From: an uncultured Acidobacteriota bacterium
GTDB taxonomy: Bacteria; Acidobacteriota; Terriglobia; Acidiferrales; UBA7541
DNA length: 64,000 nucleotides
Assembly (NCBI GenBank): GCA_963819395.1
Contig: CAWFVW010000005.1
Span: 1,461-65,460 of the forward strand
Direction of reading: 5' to 3'
In this document: piece by piece, positions 53,561 through 64,000 of the stretch
Layout of the letters: every line of letters starts with the position of its first letter
Position numbering within the stretch: the first letter of the stretch is position 1
The notes under the pieces: model-generated
Told to the model about the DNA's origin: nothing
The model's input: the letters and a program-made list of their open reading frames with translations, nothing else
The model's database searches: none
Made by a program: the position numbers and the translations under genes

Positions 53561-55282
53561 GTGAACTCGGGAGCTGTTATCGATGCGGTGCCGGAGTCTT
53601 CCCAGAAAACCGGACTCGCGCCGCCTGAACGCGGGGCGTCCGGCTGGAGCAGCGCCGTTGATGGCTGGATCGAAGCGCGCCTGAATTATTTCGCCTTCGG
53701 GGTGATTGCCGCCGCATTCCTGCTGCGGGTCTACGCCGCAGGCAGAAGTTTCCTGAATCCGGACGAGGCGCTGCATTACATCATCCTCAACCAGCGTTCC
53801 TTGTATTGGGCGTACAAGATCAGCTTGACCAACGCGCACCCTCCGCTGATTTATCTCCTTCTTTATTATTGGAAATTTTTCGGGCGCTCCGAACTGTGGC
53901 TTCGTTTTCCTTCAGTGCTTGCCGGCACGGCCGTCTGCTGGGTTGTGTACAAATGGATCGGGGCTATTTTCGGCAGGACGGCCGGTGTGATCGGCCTGAT
54001 CCTCATGGCGTTTTCACCGGCCGCGATAGCGCTCTCGGCGGAGGTGCGGTCGTACGCTCTCCTGCTGTTCTTTGAAACGGCAGCGCTGTATTTTGTGGAG
54101 GTCGCCCTGCGGGAAAAGTCCGCCCGCAAAATGTGGCGCTTCTCCATCTTTCTTTACCTGGCGATCCTTTCCCATTACTCGGCGGTTTTCTTTGTTCTGG
54201 GCGTGGGCGTCTACGCGCTGGCGCGAATCGCGCAAGCCCGGCTTCCCAGGAATGTCGCTGCTGCCTGGGCCGCCGGGCAGACGGGAGCGCTCGCGATCTA
54301 CGCATTCCTTTACGTAACCCACATCTCCAAACTCAAGACCACGATTGCGACGTGGGAAGTGTCATTCGACAAGGCCTATTCCCACTCGGGCCACGATCAT
54401 CTTTTCGTTTTTGCATGGCAGCGCACACTGGATATTTTCAAATTCCTGTTTGAAAACCATTACGTCGCGTCCGCGCTGCTTCCGGCCTGGATCGCGGCGG
54501 TCGCAATTCTCCTTTTCAGAGAATGGGTATCCCGCGGGGAAAAAGGCTTTGTACTCTATACACCTATTCTCTTGCTGGTCCCATTTCTCGCGGTTTTTGG
54601 CGCGGGAATCGCGGGCTACTACCCGTTTGTGGGCAGCCGCCACACGGTGTTCCTAGCCCCGTTTGTGATCGCGGCGCTTAGTTTCCTGCTCGACACGCTG
54701 AATCGAAAGAAACTCTGGGCTGCTATTGTGATAGCGGTTGTCCTGGTGGGAGCGTCGAATACATCGGGGCAAGAATTCGAACCCTTCATCACCAGGCAAA
54801 ATCAGAGCCGGTCCTTGATGAGGGCCGCGGTAAACGATATTCACCAGACAATTCCGTCTGGCAGCGTGATCATGACGGATTACCAGAGCGCCCTCCTGCT
54901 TGTTTATTATCTCTGTGGTCCGGAACTCATCCTGCCCGTCGGCACATTCAATCTCCCCGCCTCCCGAGTGAAATGCAACGGCTACACGATTGCCTCATTC
55001 CAGACGTGGAGGTTCGAAGCTCCTTTTTTCATCTCGCAGTTTGGAAATATTGCGCGCGCCCAGCGATTAGTGCCCGGGGATAGGGTCCGGATCTTCCAAT
55101 CCGGCTGGGACCCGACTCTCGCGCGGGATCTGCCGGCAGCTTCGCCGCAGTTTCGCTGCACCCATCCGAAAACGTTTGGAGATAACATCGCCCTCATCCC
55201 GCTCGTCGTCGGCCCAGATTTTTCACCGATAACGGCCGAAGCAAACTGCCCTGGGGTCGCCGCCAATCCTCTCAGTATGTAA
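53561..55282 (+). CDS. glycosyltransferase family 39 (ArnT/PMT-like) membrane protein
   Basis: Multi-TM protein. The N-terminal loop has LNPDEALHYI...HPPLIYLLLYYW, typical of GT39. Confidence 0.75.
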   Translation: MNSGAVIDAVPESSQKTGLAPPERGASGWSSAVDGWIEARLNYFAFGVIAAAFLLRVYAAGRSFLNPDEALHYIILNQRSLYWAYKISLTNAHPPLIYLLLYYWKFFGRSELWLRFPSVLAGTAVCWVVYKWIGAIFGRTAGVIGLILMAFSPAAIALSAEVRSYALLLFFETAALYFVEVALREKSARKMWRFSIFLYLAILSHYSAVFFVLGVGVYALARIAQARLPRNVAAAWAAGQTGALAIYAFLYVTHISKLKTTIATWEVSFDKAYSHSGHDHLFVFAWQRTLDIFKFLFENHYVASALLPAWIAAVAILLFREWVSRGEKGFVLYTPILLLVPFLAVFGAGIAGYYPFVGSRHTVFLAPFVIAALSFLLDTLNRKKLWAAIVIAVVLVGASNTSGQEFEPFITRQNQSRSLMRAAVNDIHQTIPSGSVIMTDYQSALLLVYYLCGPELILPVGTFNLPASRVKCNGYTIASFQTWRFEAPFFISQFGNIARAQRLVPGDRVRIFQSGWDPTLARDLPAASPQFRCTHPKTFGDNIALIPLVVGPDFSPITAEANCPGVAANPLSM

Positions 55283-55475
55283 TACTTGGCAGGTTTTCAG
55301 CACCAAATGCGCACGCGCGGGTTGGTTGTTGCGGACAGGGCCTTGCGCTAAACTGCCTCCGATGCTATAAAATCACTCCTTTATCCGGGCAGGTTTGTCC
55401 GTAGGGGTGGGTGTGCACCTCAGGTATTCCGGAGATGAAATTTGGCGGGCATTGTCGGGTGCCTTAGCATAATCA

Positions 55476-55955
55476 GTGGAGATCGTTAACCAACTCGGTG
55501 AGTTGTTCCTGGCGGCTGTTCCCACGGTCATTATCGTTTTTCTTTTCTATTTGTTCATGAGCTGGAGTTTTTTCAAGCCCATGCAGCGCGTGCTCGCCGA
55601 GCGCAAGCAGCGCGCCGAAGGTGCGCGGGCCGAAGCGGAAGCCAGCCGCGCAGCCGCGCATGAGAAACTCCGCTCCTACAATGAGACGGTGAAGAAAGCG
55701 CGCGGCGAGATCTTTGCCGAGCAGGAAACGAAACGCCGGGGCACCCTCGAGGAACGCCAGGCCACGATCAACGCGGCGCGCGCCACGGCTCAAAGCGCCC
55801 TCCAGGAAGCCAAGAAATCCATAGCGGCGGACGTTCAAGTGGCACGAGCGGAACTGGAGCTTTCCAAGGACAATCTGGCGAATGAAATTGCCGAAGCGAT
55901 TCTGGCGGGAAGCCCTTCCGGGCCTGGCGATTCCCAGGGCAAGGGGGCGCGATGA
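55476..55955 (+). CDS. atpF: F0F1 ATP synthase subunit b' (GTG start)
   Basis: Single N-terminal TM (LFLAAVPTVIIVFLFYLFM), then a long Ala/Glu/Arg-rich helix. First of two b-type subunits. Confidence 0.7.
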   Translation: MEIVNQLGELFLAAVPTVIIVFLFYLFMSWSFFKPMQRVLAERKQRAEGARAEAEASRAAAHEKLRSYNETVKKARGEIFAEQETKRRGTLEERQATINAARATAQSALQEAKKSIAADVQVARAELELSKDNLANEIAEAILAGSPSGPGDSQGKGAR

Positions 55956-56542
55956 AAAATCTCCGCGGTTTCTTCGCGTTCGCTTCAGGCGCGTTCCTGA
56001 TTTTCTTTTTCGCAGCCCTTCCTGCGCTTGCCGCGGAAGGCGCCGAGCCCGATCCGGCCGATTCGACCGCTGGTTTAATTTTTCGATGGCTTAATTTCGT
56101 CATCGTTTTTGGCAGCATCGGCTTTCTGATCGCGAAGCACGGCGGCGCATTCTTTCGCGGCAATGCCAGGGAGATCGCGGCCAGCATCGTGGAGGCCACC
56201 GCCGCCAAAACGGAAGCCCAACGCGAGTTGCACGAAGTCGAAGTGAAGGTCGAGCATCTCAATCAGGATGTGGCGGAAATGCGCGCGGAGGCACAACGAA
56301 ATTGGGCCGCGGAATCGGAACGCCTCTACGCTTCCGGCCAGGCCGAGATCGAAAAGATCGCCCATGCCGCCCGCGAGGAACTGGCCGCCTCCGAGCGGGC
56401 CGCGCAGCAGCAGGTCCGCGAAATTGCGGCGTCCCTGGCGGTGGAGCGCGCAGCCAACCTCGTGAGTTCCATGATGAACGCGCAGATTCGCGCCAGAATG
56501 TTTCAATCATTTATCAGCGAACTCGGAAGGGGCGCGAATTGA
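55952..56542 (+). CDS. atpF: F0F1 ATP synthase subunit b
   Basis: TM (LNFVIVFGSIGFLIA), then a coiled helix. Overlaps neighbouring genes by 4 bp on each side. Confidence 0.8.
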   Translation: MKNLRGFFAFASGAFLIFFFAALPALAAEGAEPDPADSTAGLIFRWLNFVIVFGSIGFLIAKHGGAFFRGNAREIAASIVEATAAKTEAQRELHEVEVKVEHLNQDVAEMRAEAQRNWAAESERLYASGQAEIEKIAHAAREELAASERAAQQQVREIAASLAVERAANLVSSMMNAQIRARMFQSFISELGRGAN

Positions 56543-57075
56543 AAGCCCTGGCGGAGCGGTATGCGGGCGCGCTGGTCGACGTCGCGCTGGCCAACAACCA
56601 GGCCGATCAGGTCAAGCAGGAACTCGCGGCCTTCGCGGCGCTCATTCGGGAGTCCCCGGATTTGCACTCGTTTCTCTCCAATCCCTCCATCGCGCGGTCG
56701 GCCAAACATTCCGCCCTCGAACAGATCGTCGCGAGGATGGGAGCGAGCCGCACACTGCGCAATTATCTGTTCGTGATCGTGGATCACCGGCATGCCGGAA
56801 TGCTGGTGGAAATCCAGGAAGCGTTCAGCCGGCTGCTGGATGCGCGCCAAGGAATCACGCAGGCGCAGGTTAGTTCGGCGACGGAATTGACGGCGCAAGA
56901 GCGCGCCGAACTGGGCGCGGCACTCGCGAAACTGACCGGGGAAAAAGTGCAGGCGCAGTACACGACGGACAAGGCCCTGATCGGCGGCGCCGTCGTGCGC
57001 ATCGGCTCAACGATCTATGACGGTTCGGTACGCACGCAACTCGAACGCATGCGCGCCCGGATGATTTCCGAATAG
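56539..57075 (+). CDS. atpH: F0F1 ATP synthase subunit delta (TTG start)
   Basis: OSCP/delta pattern (YAGALVDVALANNQADQVKQEL...), 178 aa, directly upstream of atpA. Confidence 0.85.
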   Translation: MKALAERYAGALVDVALANNQADQVKQELAAFAALIRESPDLHSFLSNPSIARSAKHSALEQIVARMGASRTLRNYLFVIVDHRHAGMLVEIQEAFSRLLDARQGITQAQVSSATELTAQERAELGAALAKLTGEKVQAQYTTDKALIGGAVVRIGSTIYDGSVRTQLERMRARMISE

Positions 57076-57084
57076 GAGTGGGGA

Positions 57085-58620
57085 ATGGCTTCGATCAAAG
57101 CGGATGAAATTACAAAGATATTGAAGGCGCAGATCGCCAACTACGAAGCGGCGGTGGCGGTCGAGGAAGTCGGCACGGTCATCTCGGTGGGCGACGGCAT
57201 TGCGCGCGTATACGGCCTGGAAAAAGCGATGTCGGGCGAGATGCTGGCGTTCCCGCATGACGTTTTCGGGATCGCGCTGAACCTCGAAGAGGATCAGGTC
57301 GGCGCAGTGCTTCTCGGCGAGTACACGCTGGTGCAGGAAGGCGACACCGTCAAGCGAACTGGCACGATCATGTCCGCCCCGGTGGGCGAAGCCATGGTGG
57401 GGCGCGTGGTCAACCCGCTCGGAGTTCCGCTCGACGGCAAGGGGCCCATCGCCACAAATCAGCGTATCCCGATCGAGCGCATCGCTCCTGGTGTCGTGGA
57501 CCGCCAGCCTGTGCGCGAGCCGCTGCAGACCGGCATCAAGGCAATTGACTCGATGATTCCCATTGGCCGCGGACAGCGCGAGCTGATAATCGGCGACCGC
57601 CAGACCGGAAAAACCGCCATCATTCTGGATACGATCATGAACCAGAAGGGCGGCGACGTGATCTGCATTTATTGCGCGATCGGGCAGAAACGTTCGACGA
57701 TCGCGCAGATCGTAAAGATCCTCACCGATGCCGGCGCGATGGATTACACCATCGTGGTTGCGGCGTCCGCGACCGAGCCGGCCACCTTGCAGTACATCGC
57801 CCCGTACGCGGCCTGCGCGATGGGCGAATTTTTCCGGGATTCCAAGCGCCACGCGGTCTGCTTTTATGACGATCTCTCCAAACACGCTCAAGCCTACCGC
57901 GAAATTTCGCTGCTGCTGCGGCGTCCTCCCGGGCGCGAAGCGTTTCCGGGCGACGTGTTTTATCTTCACTCGCGCTTGCTGGAACGCGCCGCGAAGCTGA
58001 ATGACAAGCTGGGCGCCGGCTCACTGACGGCTCTGCCCGTCATCGAAACGCAGGCGGGTGACGTCTCGGCGTATATTCCGACCAACGTGATTTCCATTAC
58101 CGACGGCCAGATTTACCTCGAAGCGGATTTGTTCAACAGTGGCATCCGCCCCGCGATCAACGTGGGCCTTTCGGTAAGCCGCGTCGGCGGCAACGCCCAA
58201 ATTAAGGCGATGCGGCAAGTGGCGGGCTCATTGCGGCTGGACCTCGCGCAATACCGCGAACTCGCGGCATTCGCGCAGTTCGGCTCCGACCAACTCGATA
58301 AGGCGACGCAGTCACAACTCGCGCGCGGGCAACGCCTGACCGAAATTCTGAAGCAGGGTCAATTTTCGCCGCTTGCGGTCGAAGAGCAGGTGCTCGTCAT
58401 TTTCGCGGGAACGAGCGGCATGACCGACGATGTGGCCGTCGCCGATATTCAGCGCTTTGAGAAAGGGCTGATCGAGTACGTGCGGACTCGCTTTGGCTCG
58501 CTTCTCACCCAGATCGTCCAGAAAAAACAGATTACCGACGAGGCGCGTCCTGAATTGAAGCGCGCCATCGGCGAATACAAGGAGCAATTCCAGGCCAGCG
58601 TGGCGGCGGTTCGCGCGTAA
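57085..58620 (+). CDS. atpA: F0F1 ATP synthase subunit alpha
   Basis: 511 aa. Walker [11 protein letters not shown], with DELSKQAVAYR-like and ATP-synthase alpha signature regions. Confidence 0.97.
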   Translation: MASIKADEITKILKAQIANYEAAVAVEEVGTVISVGDGIARVYGLEKAMSGEMLAFPHDVFGIALNLEEDQVGAVLLGEYTLVQEGDTVKRTGTIMSAPVGEAMVGRVVNPLGVPLDGKGPIATNQRIPIERIAPGVVDRQPVREPLQTGIKAIDSMIPIGRGQRELIIGDRQTGKTAIILDTIMNQKGGDVICIYCAIGQKRSTIAQIVKILTDAGAMDYTIVVAASATEPATLQYIAPYAACAMGEFFRDSKRHAVCFYDDLSKHAQAYREISLLLRRPPGREAFPGDVFYLHSRLLERAAKLNDKLGAGSLTALPVIETQAGDVSAYIPTNVISITDGQIYLEADLFNSGIRPAINVGLSVSRVGGNAQIKAMRQVAGSLRLDLAQYRELAAFAQFGSDQLDKATQSQLARGQRLTEILKQGQFSPLAVEEQVLVIFAGTSGMTDDVAVADIQRFEKGLIEYVRTRFGSLLTQIVQKKQITDEARPELKRAIGEYKEQFQASVAAVRA

Positions 58621-58643
58621 CAGGCTGAGGCAACAAAAGCCTA

Positions 58644-58730
58644 TTTTGTCATTCTGAGCGAAGCGAAGAATCTCTCTTCGATTTGAATGGAAAGAAAGAG
58701 AGATTCTTCGTTTCGCTCAGAATGACAAAA
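58644..58730. repeat. P2 palindromic element, copy b
   Basis: TTTTGTCATTCTGAGCGAAGCGAAGAATCTCTCTT...AAGAGAGATTCTTCGTTTCGCTCAGAATGACAAAA is a 35-bp inverted repeat with 1 mismatch. Same family as 35476-35564. Lies between atpA and atpG. Confidence 0.75.
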
Positions 58731-58777
58731 ATGTAAGGTTTTTCGCAGCGCTTAACTGGTGCAAGGAAACCTAGTAG

Positions 58778-59661
58778 ATGCCCACACTTCTCGATTTCCG
58801 GCGGCGGATTCGTTCGGTGAAGAATACGCAGCAGATCACCCGCGCGATGAAATTCATCGCGGCGGCGAGGCTGCGTCGCGCGCAGGAAACGGCCGTGTCG
58901 CTGCGGCCCTACGCGTCGGGCATACGCGAAATTCTGCGCTCGGCGATGTCGCGCATCGAAAATCCCGAACAATTTCCGCTCCTGACGCAACGTCCCGAAG
59001 AGCGCGTGCTGGTGCTGGTCACTTCCGGCGAGCGCGGCTTGTGCGGCGCGTTCAACGCCAACGTGCTGCGCCGCGCGTTTGAATTCCTCAATGAAAAGAC
59101 CGGCAAATCCGTGGAAGTCATCGCCATCGCGAAGAAAAGCCGCGACGCCTTCCGCAAGCGCTCCTGGAAAATCGCCGCCGAGTACGTGGACGTGACGTCG
59201 AAGGCCGATTTGGGCAAAGCCCGGGAAATTGCGGCGGAAGTGATGAAAATCTACACAGCGGGCGGCGCCGATTCCGTCTACCTGATCTACAACGAATTCA
59301 AGAACGTGATGATGCAGACGCTGCGCGTGGAAAAGCTGCTCCCCCTGGAGCGCTCTGCGCTGGCGCACCCCGAAAAGGGAGCGCCGCCCCCCTCCTCCAG
59401 CCCCGAGGTGGACTATATCTATGAGCAGCCCGCGGCGGAAATTTACAACAAGCTGGTCCCGCGATACGTCGAGATGCAGGTGTACCGCATGCTGGCCGAA
59501 AGTTCCGCCGCCGAGCACGCCGCGCGCATGACGGCCATGGAATCCGCGACGAGCAACGCCTCTGACGTGATCGACGCGCTGACGTTGCACATGAACAAGG
59601 TCCGCCAGGCAGCGATCACTCGCGAGATCATCGAGGTAGTAAGCGGAGCAGCGTCCGCGGG

Positions 59662-59665
<4 letters not shown>
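58778..59665 (+). CDS. atpG: F0F1 ATP synthase subunit gamma
   Basis: Begins MPTLLDFRRRIRSVKNTQQITRAMKFIAAARLRRAQ. 295 aa. Confidence 0.95.
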
Positions 59666-61207
<1,542 letters not shown>

Positions 61208-61211
61208 AAGC

Positions 61212-61257
61212 CGTGGCTCGTGGTTCGTGTCCCGTGACCCGTGTTTCGTGTCACGCG
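61212..61257 (+). repeat. array of six CGTGNNN heptads (left arm of the structure flanking the 4HB gene)
   Basis: CGTGGCT CGTGGTT CGTGTCC CGTGACC CGTGTTT CGTGTCA. Confidence 0.6.
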
Positions 61258-61302
61258 ACGGCTGGGTAGACTTGCAAAAGTTGGTTGGAGTTGCGGTTCT
61301 GT

Positions 61303-61717
61303 GTTGAAGAGCTTTCAGGAATTGGAGGTTTGGCAGAAGGCGCATAATCTTGTCCTTCTGACCTATCGTGTGACAGAGGGCTTTCCGAATAAAGAGAGAT
61401 ACGGAATTATTTCTCAAGTTCGCAGGTCCGCCGCGTCGGTGCCTGCGAATATTGCCGAGGGATTTGGGCGCAGATCCACGAAGGAGCTGTTGCAGTTTCT
61501 GGCGAATGCAAATGGGTCATTGGAAGAAACGCGCTATTTTCTGATACTGGGCCGTGATCTAGGATACCTGGCAAAAGAACGATACGTGGAACTCGAAAAG
61601 GAGTGTTCTTCTGTGGCCCAAATGATTGCAGCGTTAAGGCGATCGCTCAAATCTCGGCTCGAAGAAGGGGTTCACGGGCCACGGGCCACGAATCACGGGA
61701 CACGAAGAGATGGCTGA
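61303..61717 (+). CDS. four-helix-bundle protein (TIGR02436 / 23S rRNA intervening-sequence protein family) inserted between atpD and atpC
   Basis: KSFQELEVWQKAHNLVLLTYRVTEGFPNKERYGIISQVRRSAASVPANIAEGFGRRSTKELLQFLANANGSLEETRYFL is the canonical 4HB family pattern. Start is GTG/TTG at about 61303. The C-terminal 17 codons are encoded by the right heptad array and overlap the atpC start. Confidence 0.75.
61672..61706 (+). repeat. array of five CACGNNN heptads (right arm, inverted relative to the left arm)
   Basis: CACGGGC CACGGGC CACGAAT CACGGGA CACGAAG. Its reverse complement CGTGTCCCGTGATTCGTG matches the left arm CGTGTCCCGTGACCCGTG at 15 of 18 positions. Confidence 0.6.
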
Positions 61718-62147
61718 CACATTCAAACTCGAAGTTGTCACACCGGCGCGGCAAGTCGTGCACGAAGCGGTGAGCGAAGCGCAGATCCCGGTGCTGGGCG
61801 GATACATTGGCGTGCTGCCGGGGCACACGCCCCTGCTGGCTCTGATGGGCATCGGCGAGCTCAGCTACCGCGCCGGCAATCGCGTTTATTCCTGCACGGC
61901 GATGGGCGGATTTGTGGAAGTTCTGGCCGATCGGGTGATTGTGCTGGCGGACATCGCGGAACGCGCAGAAGAGATCGATGTGCCGCGCGCGGAAGCCGCC
62001 TGTGACCGCGCCCAGAAGCGTCTTGCAACTCCCAACGATCCGAACGTGGATTGGAAGCAAGAGGAGGAATCCCTGGCGCGGGCGCAGACGCGCTTGCAAG
62101 TTGCGGCAAAGGCGGGGGCAGCATCGGCAACGGCGGGCTCCCACTGA
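61710..62147 (+). CDS. atpC: F0F1 ATP synthase subunit epsilon
   Basis: 145 aa. MADTFKLEVVTPARQVVHEAVSEAQIPVLGGYIGVLPGHTPLL is the typical epsilon N-terminus. Confidence 0.9.
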   Translation: MADTFKLEVVTPARQVVHEAVSEAQIPVLGGYIGVLPGHTPLLALMGIGELSYRAGNRVYSCTAMGGFVEVLADRVIVLADIAERAEEIDVPRAEAACDRAQKRLATPNDPNVDWKQEEESLARAQTRLQVAAKAGAASATAGSH

Positions 62148-62234
62148 TCCCTTGTCCATTGTTACCTCTTCGGGGCATTCCGGACGTCAAGACCTGCAGG
62201 AATTCGCGTCAGAAGCGCTAAGATTAAATTGCGT

Positions 62235-62489
62235 ATGGAAGAAATCACATTGTATTGCACGAGCTGGTGCGTCGATTGCCACCGCGCCAAGAGATTCCTG
62301 AAGGATCGCGGCGTGAATTTCGTCGAGGTGAATATCGACGAGGACGTCGATGCCGAGGACCTCGTGCTGGACGTAAACGAAGGCCGCAGAAAAGTGCCCA
62401 CGATCAAGGTCGGCGAGCGTTTTTTTGCCTGCAGTCCCTTCGATCCCTACCAGCTTTCTACCGAACTGAAAATTCCACTGAACAGATAA
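62235..62489 (+). CDS. glutaredoxin-family (NrdH/mycoredoxin-like) small redox protein
   Basis: CxxC motif in a thioredoxin-fold context (ITLYCTSWCVDCHRAKRFL), about 85 aa. Confidence 0.75.
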   Translation: MEEITLYCTSWCVDCHRAKRFLKDRGVNFVEVNIDEDVDAEDLVLDVNEGRRKVPTIKVGERFFACSPFDPYQLSTELKIPLNR

Positions 62490-62502
62490 AGGTTTCGGCC
62501 GG

Positions 62503-63000
62503 TTGCCGGGAGCATTCACGATGTCCAAGCTTCTCAATTTCCGATGCCTGGTGTCGCTTGTACTGATATGGCCGGGGTCTTTTTGTCTGGCGCAACCGGT
62601 GAAAATCCGCGTGATCGATGCCCACGATGGGCACCCCCTCGGGAAGCAACACGTCTCGCTCGCTCTCCTTTATGAAAAAGGGGAAAGGACTCAAGCAACC
62701 CCCCCGCCGAATTTAATTGGCGAAACGGACGCGAATGGCGAGGTGCAATTTCAGATTGACGAACCCTTCCCGTCTCATTTTTCCGTCATGGTTCGCATGA
62801 CATCTGAATACTTGAATTGCGGATGCTGGGTATTGGGAGATACAAAAGACCTGATTCAGAAAGGGATCATCGGACCTCCACCCAGCGCCAGGCGGGAAAA
62901 GTCCGATACTCCTCCCCGTGTAGCCCCTGGCGAAGTGGTCGTCTTGACTCGCCCCATGTCATTTTTTGAACGACTTTTGTATCCGCTCGTGAAGGAATAG
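62503..63000 (+). CDS. exported hypothetical protein
   Basis: Signal peptide (LLNFRCLVSLVLIWPGSFCLAQP). 165 aa. No motif assigned. Confidence 0.45.
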   Translation: MPGAFTMSKLLNFRCLVSLVLIWPGSFCLAQPVKIRVIDAHDGHPLGKQHVSLALLYEKGERTQATPPPNLIGETDANGEVQFQIDEPFPSHFSVMVRMTSEYLNCGCWVLGDTKDLIQKGIIGPPPSARREKSDTPPRVAPGEVVVLTRPMSFFERLLYPLVKE

Positions 63001-63109
63001 AAGGGCATCCTCCGGAGTCTGCGCCTTCTCGTTGAAAATCCTTTCAGAATTTAGGGAAGGCTTTTAACACAGAGAACACAGAGGGCACAGAGAAATTCAA
63101 GAGGAGCAA

Positions 63110-64000
63110 TCAATAGAGCTCCAGCCCCGCTCCCCGGGTCATGACGCCGCAAACCTCGAGTTTGTCATCGAGGATCACCAGGTCCGCGTCCGCGCCCGGG
63201 GAGAGCACTCCCTTGCGCGCTCCGAGCCCGATTTGCCTGGCCGGGTTCGCGGTTACCATCTGAAGCGCGGAGGATAGCGGCACGCCCAGTGCCACCATAT
63301 TCCGCAGCGCCCGGTCCAGCGTGAGCGTGCTTCCGGCCAGTTTGCCCTCCGCATTGCGGGCGACCCCGCCCGAGACCGTCACTTCAAACATTCCCAGCTG
63401 GAATTTCCCGTCTGGCATTCCCGTGGCAGACATGCCATCGCTCACCAGAATCACGCGCTTCGCCGTTTTCAGGTCGACAAGCATTCTCATCGCCGCTTCA
63501 TCCACGTGGACGCCATCCGCGATCAGCTCGGCGCTCACTTTCGGCGAAGTCAACACCGCCCCAATGACGCCCGTTCCGCGATGCGAAAACGGCCGCATGG
63601 CGTTGTAGACGTGCGCGACATGGCTGGCACCCGCCTCAATCGCGGCTTGGGCTTGCTCGTACGTGGCGTCCGTGTGGCCGAGCGACACGACTAGGCCGGC
63701 TCGGCGCGCCGCGGCGACTAATTCCAAAGCCCCGGGCAGTTCCGGCGCGAGGGTCAGAATTTGCGCGGTTCCGCGCGCCTCCTCCAGAAGCTGCGCGAGC
63801 AACTCGAGGGAAGGGGGCACAATCCACTTGGCCGGGTGGACCCCGCGGCGAGCGGGACTGATAAAGGGCCCCTCGAAATGGATTCCCAGGATTTCCGCCG
63901 AAAGTTCGCGGGCGGGATATTGGCTGGTATTGAGGATAAAGTGCGCGATGCCCGCCACGCTTTTGCGCGTTTCCTTTTCGCTGGCTGTTACAGTTGTAGC
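63110..64000 (-). CDS. nagA: N-acetylglucosamine-6-phosphate deacetylase; partial, the N-terminus lies beyond the window end
   Basis: C-terminal 280+ aa collinear with NagA (HFEGPFISP...GHTDATYEQA...HVYNAM...LVSDGM...ADLVILD). Confidence 0.85.
   Translation of the reverse strand, partial: ATTVTASEKETRKSVAGIAHFILNTSQYPARELSAEILGIHFEGPFISPARRGVHPAKWIVPPSLELLAQLLEEARGTAQILTLAPELPGALELVAAARRAGLVVSLGHTDATYEQAQAAIEAGASHVAHVYNAMRPFSHRGTGVIGAVLTSPKVSAELIADGVHVDEAAMRMLVDLKTAKRVILVSDGMSATGMPDGKFQLGMFEVTVSGGVARNAEGKLAGSTLTLDRALRNMVALGVPLSSALQMVTANPARQIGLGARKGVLSPGADADLVILDDKLEVCGVMTRGAGLELY

Noticed and set aside
61208-61717. Complete diversity-generating retroelement around the 4HB gene
   Set aside because: No reverse transcriptase, template repeat or variable repeat in the vicinity.

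Overview
This 64-kb window is high-GC (about 60%) bacterial chromosome. Gene content and codon style suggest a soil Acidobacteria-like organism, but that is inference only. It runs from the 3' end of rpoC to a partial nagA at the right edge.

Recognisable core genes are gatCA, ispG, a MacAB-type ABC efflux system (membrane-fusion protein, ATPase, two FtsX-type permeases), glpX, a glutaryl-CoA dehydrogenase, a GT39 glycosyltransferase and an atpF'FHAGD-[four-helix-bundle gene]-C ATP synthase operon that lacks atpB/atpE upstream.

The most accessory-looking region is roughly 3.3-9.8 kb. Immediately after the rpoC terminator sits an IS903-like element with 18-bp inverted repeats and a 9-bp direct repeat. 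By eye the next ~5 kb has lower GC than its flanks. It carries:
- a J-domain / REC-degenerate-GGDEF operon;
- a small protein plus a retropepsin-like aspartyl protease;
- a vapBC pair;
- a parD-parE-XRE(HigA-like) trio;
- an orphan ribbon-helix-helix protein.
These are separated by copies of a ~150-bp repeat (here called R3).

Several other non-coding repeat families recur through the window: a triple-hairpin element with compensatory stem changes (R4), a palindromic GACAGGC-TTCA-GCCTGTC family (P1, five copies) and a GTCATTCTGAGCGAAGCGAAGAATCTCTC palindrome (P2, two copies).

A four-helix-bundle (rRNA-intervening-sequence / Avd-type) gene lies between atpD and atpC, flanked by inverted arrays of CGTGNNN heptads.

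Many accessory genes are broken by single-base frameshifts (hybrid sensor kinase, Ser/Thr kinase-beta-propeller fusion, TonB receptor, MFS transporter and others), and glpX also carries one. The frameshifts described are real in this sequence; whether they reflect pseudogenisation or indel errors in the assembly cannot be decided here.

No tRNA, rRNA or CRISPR array was seen.
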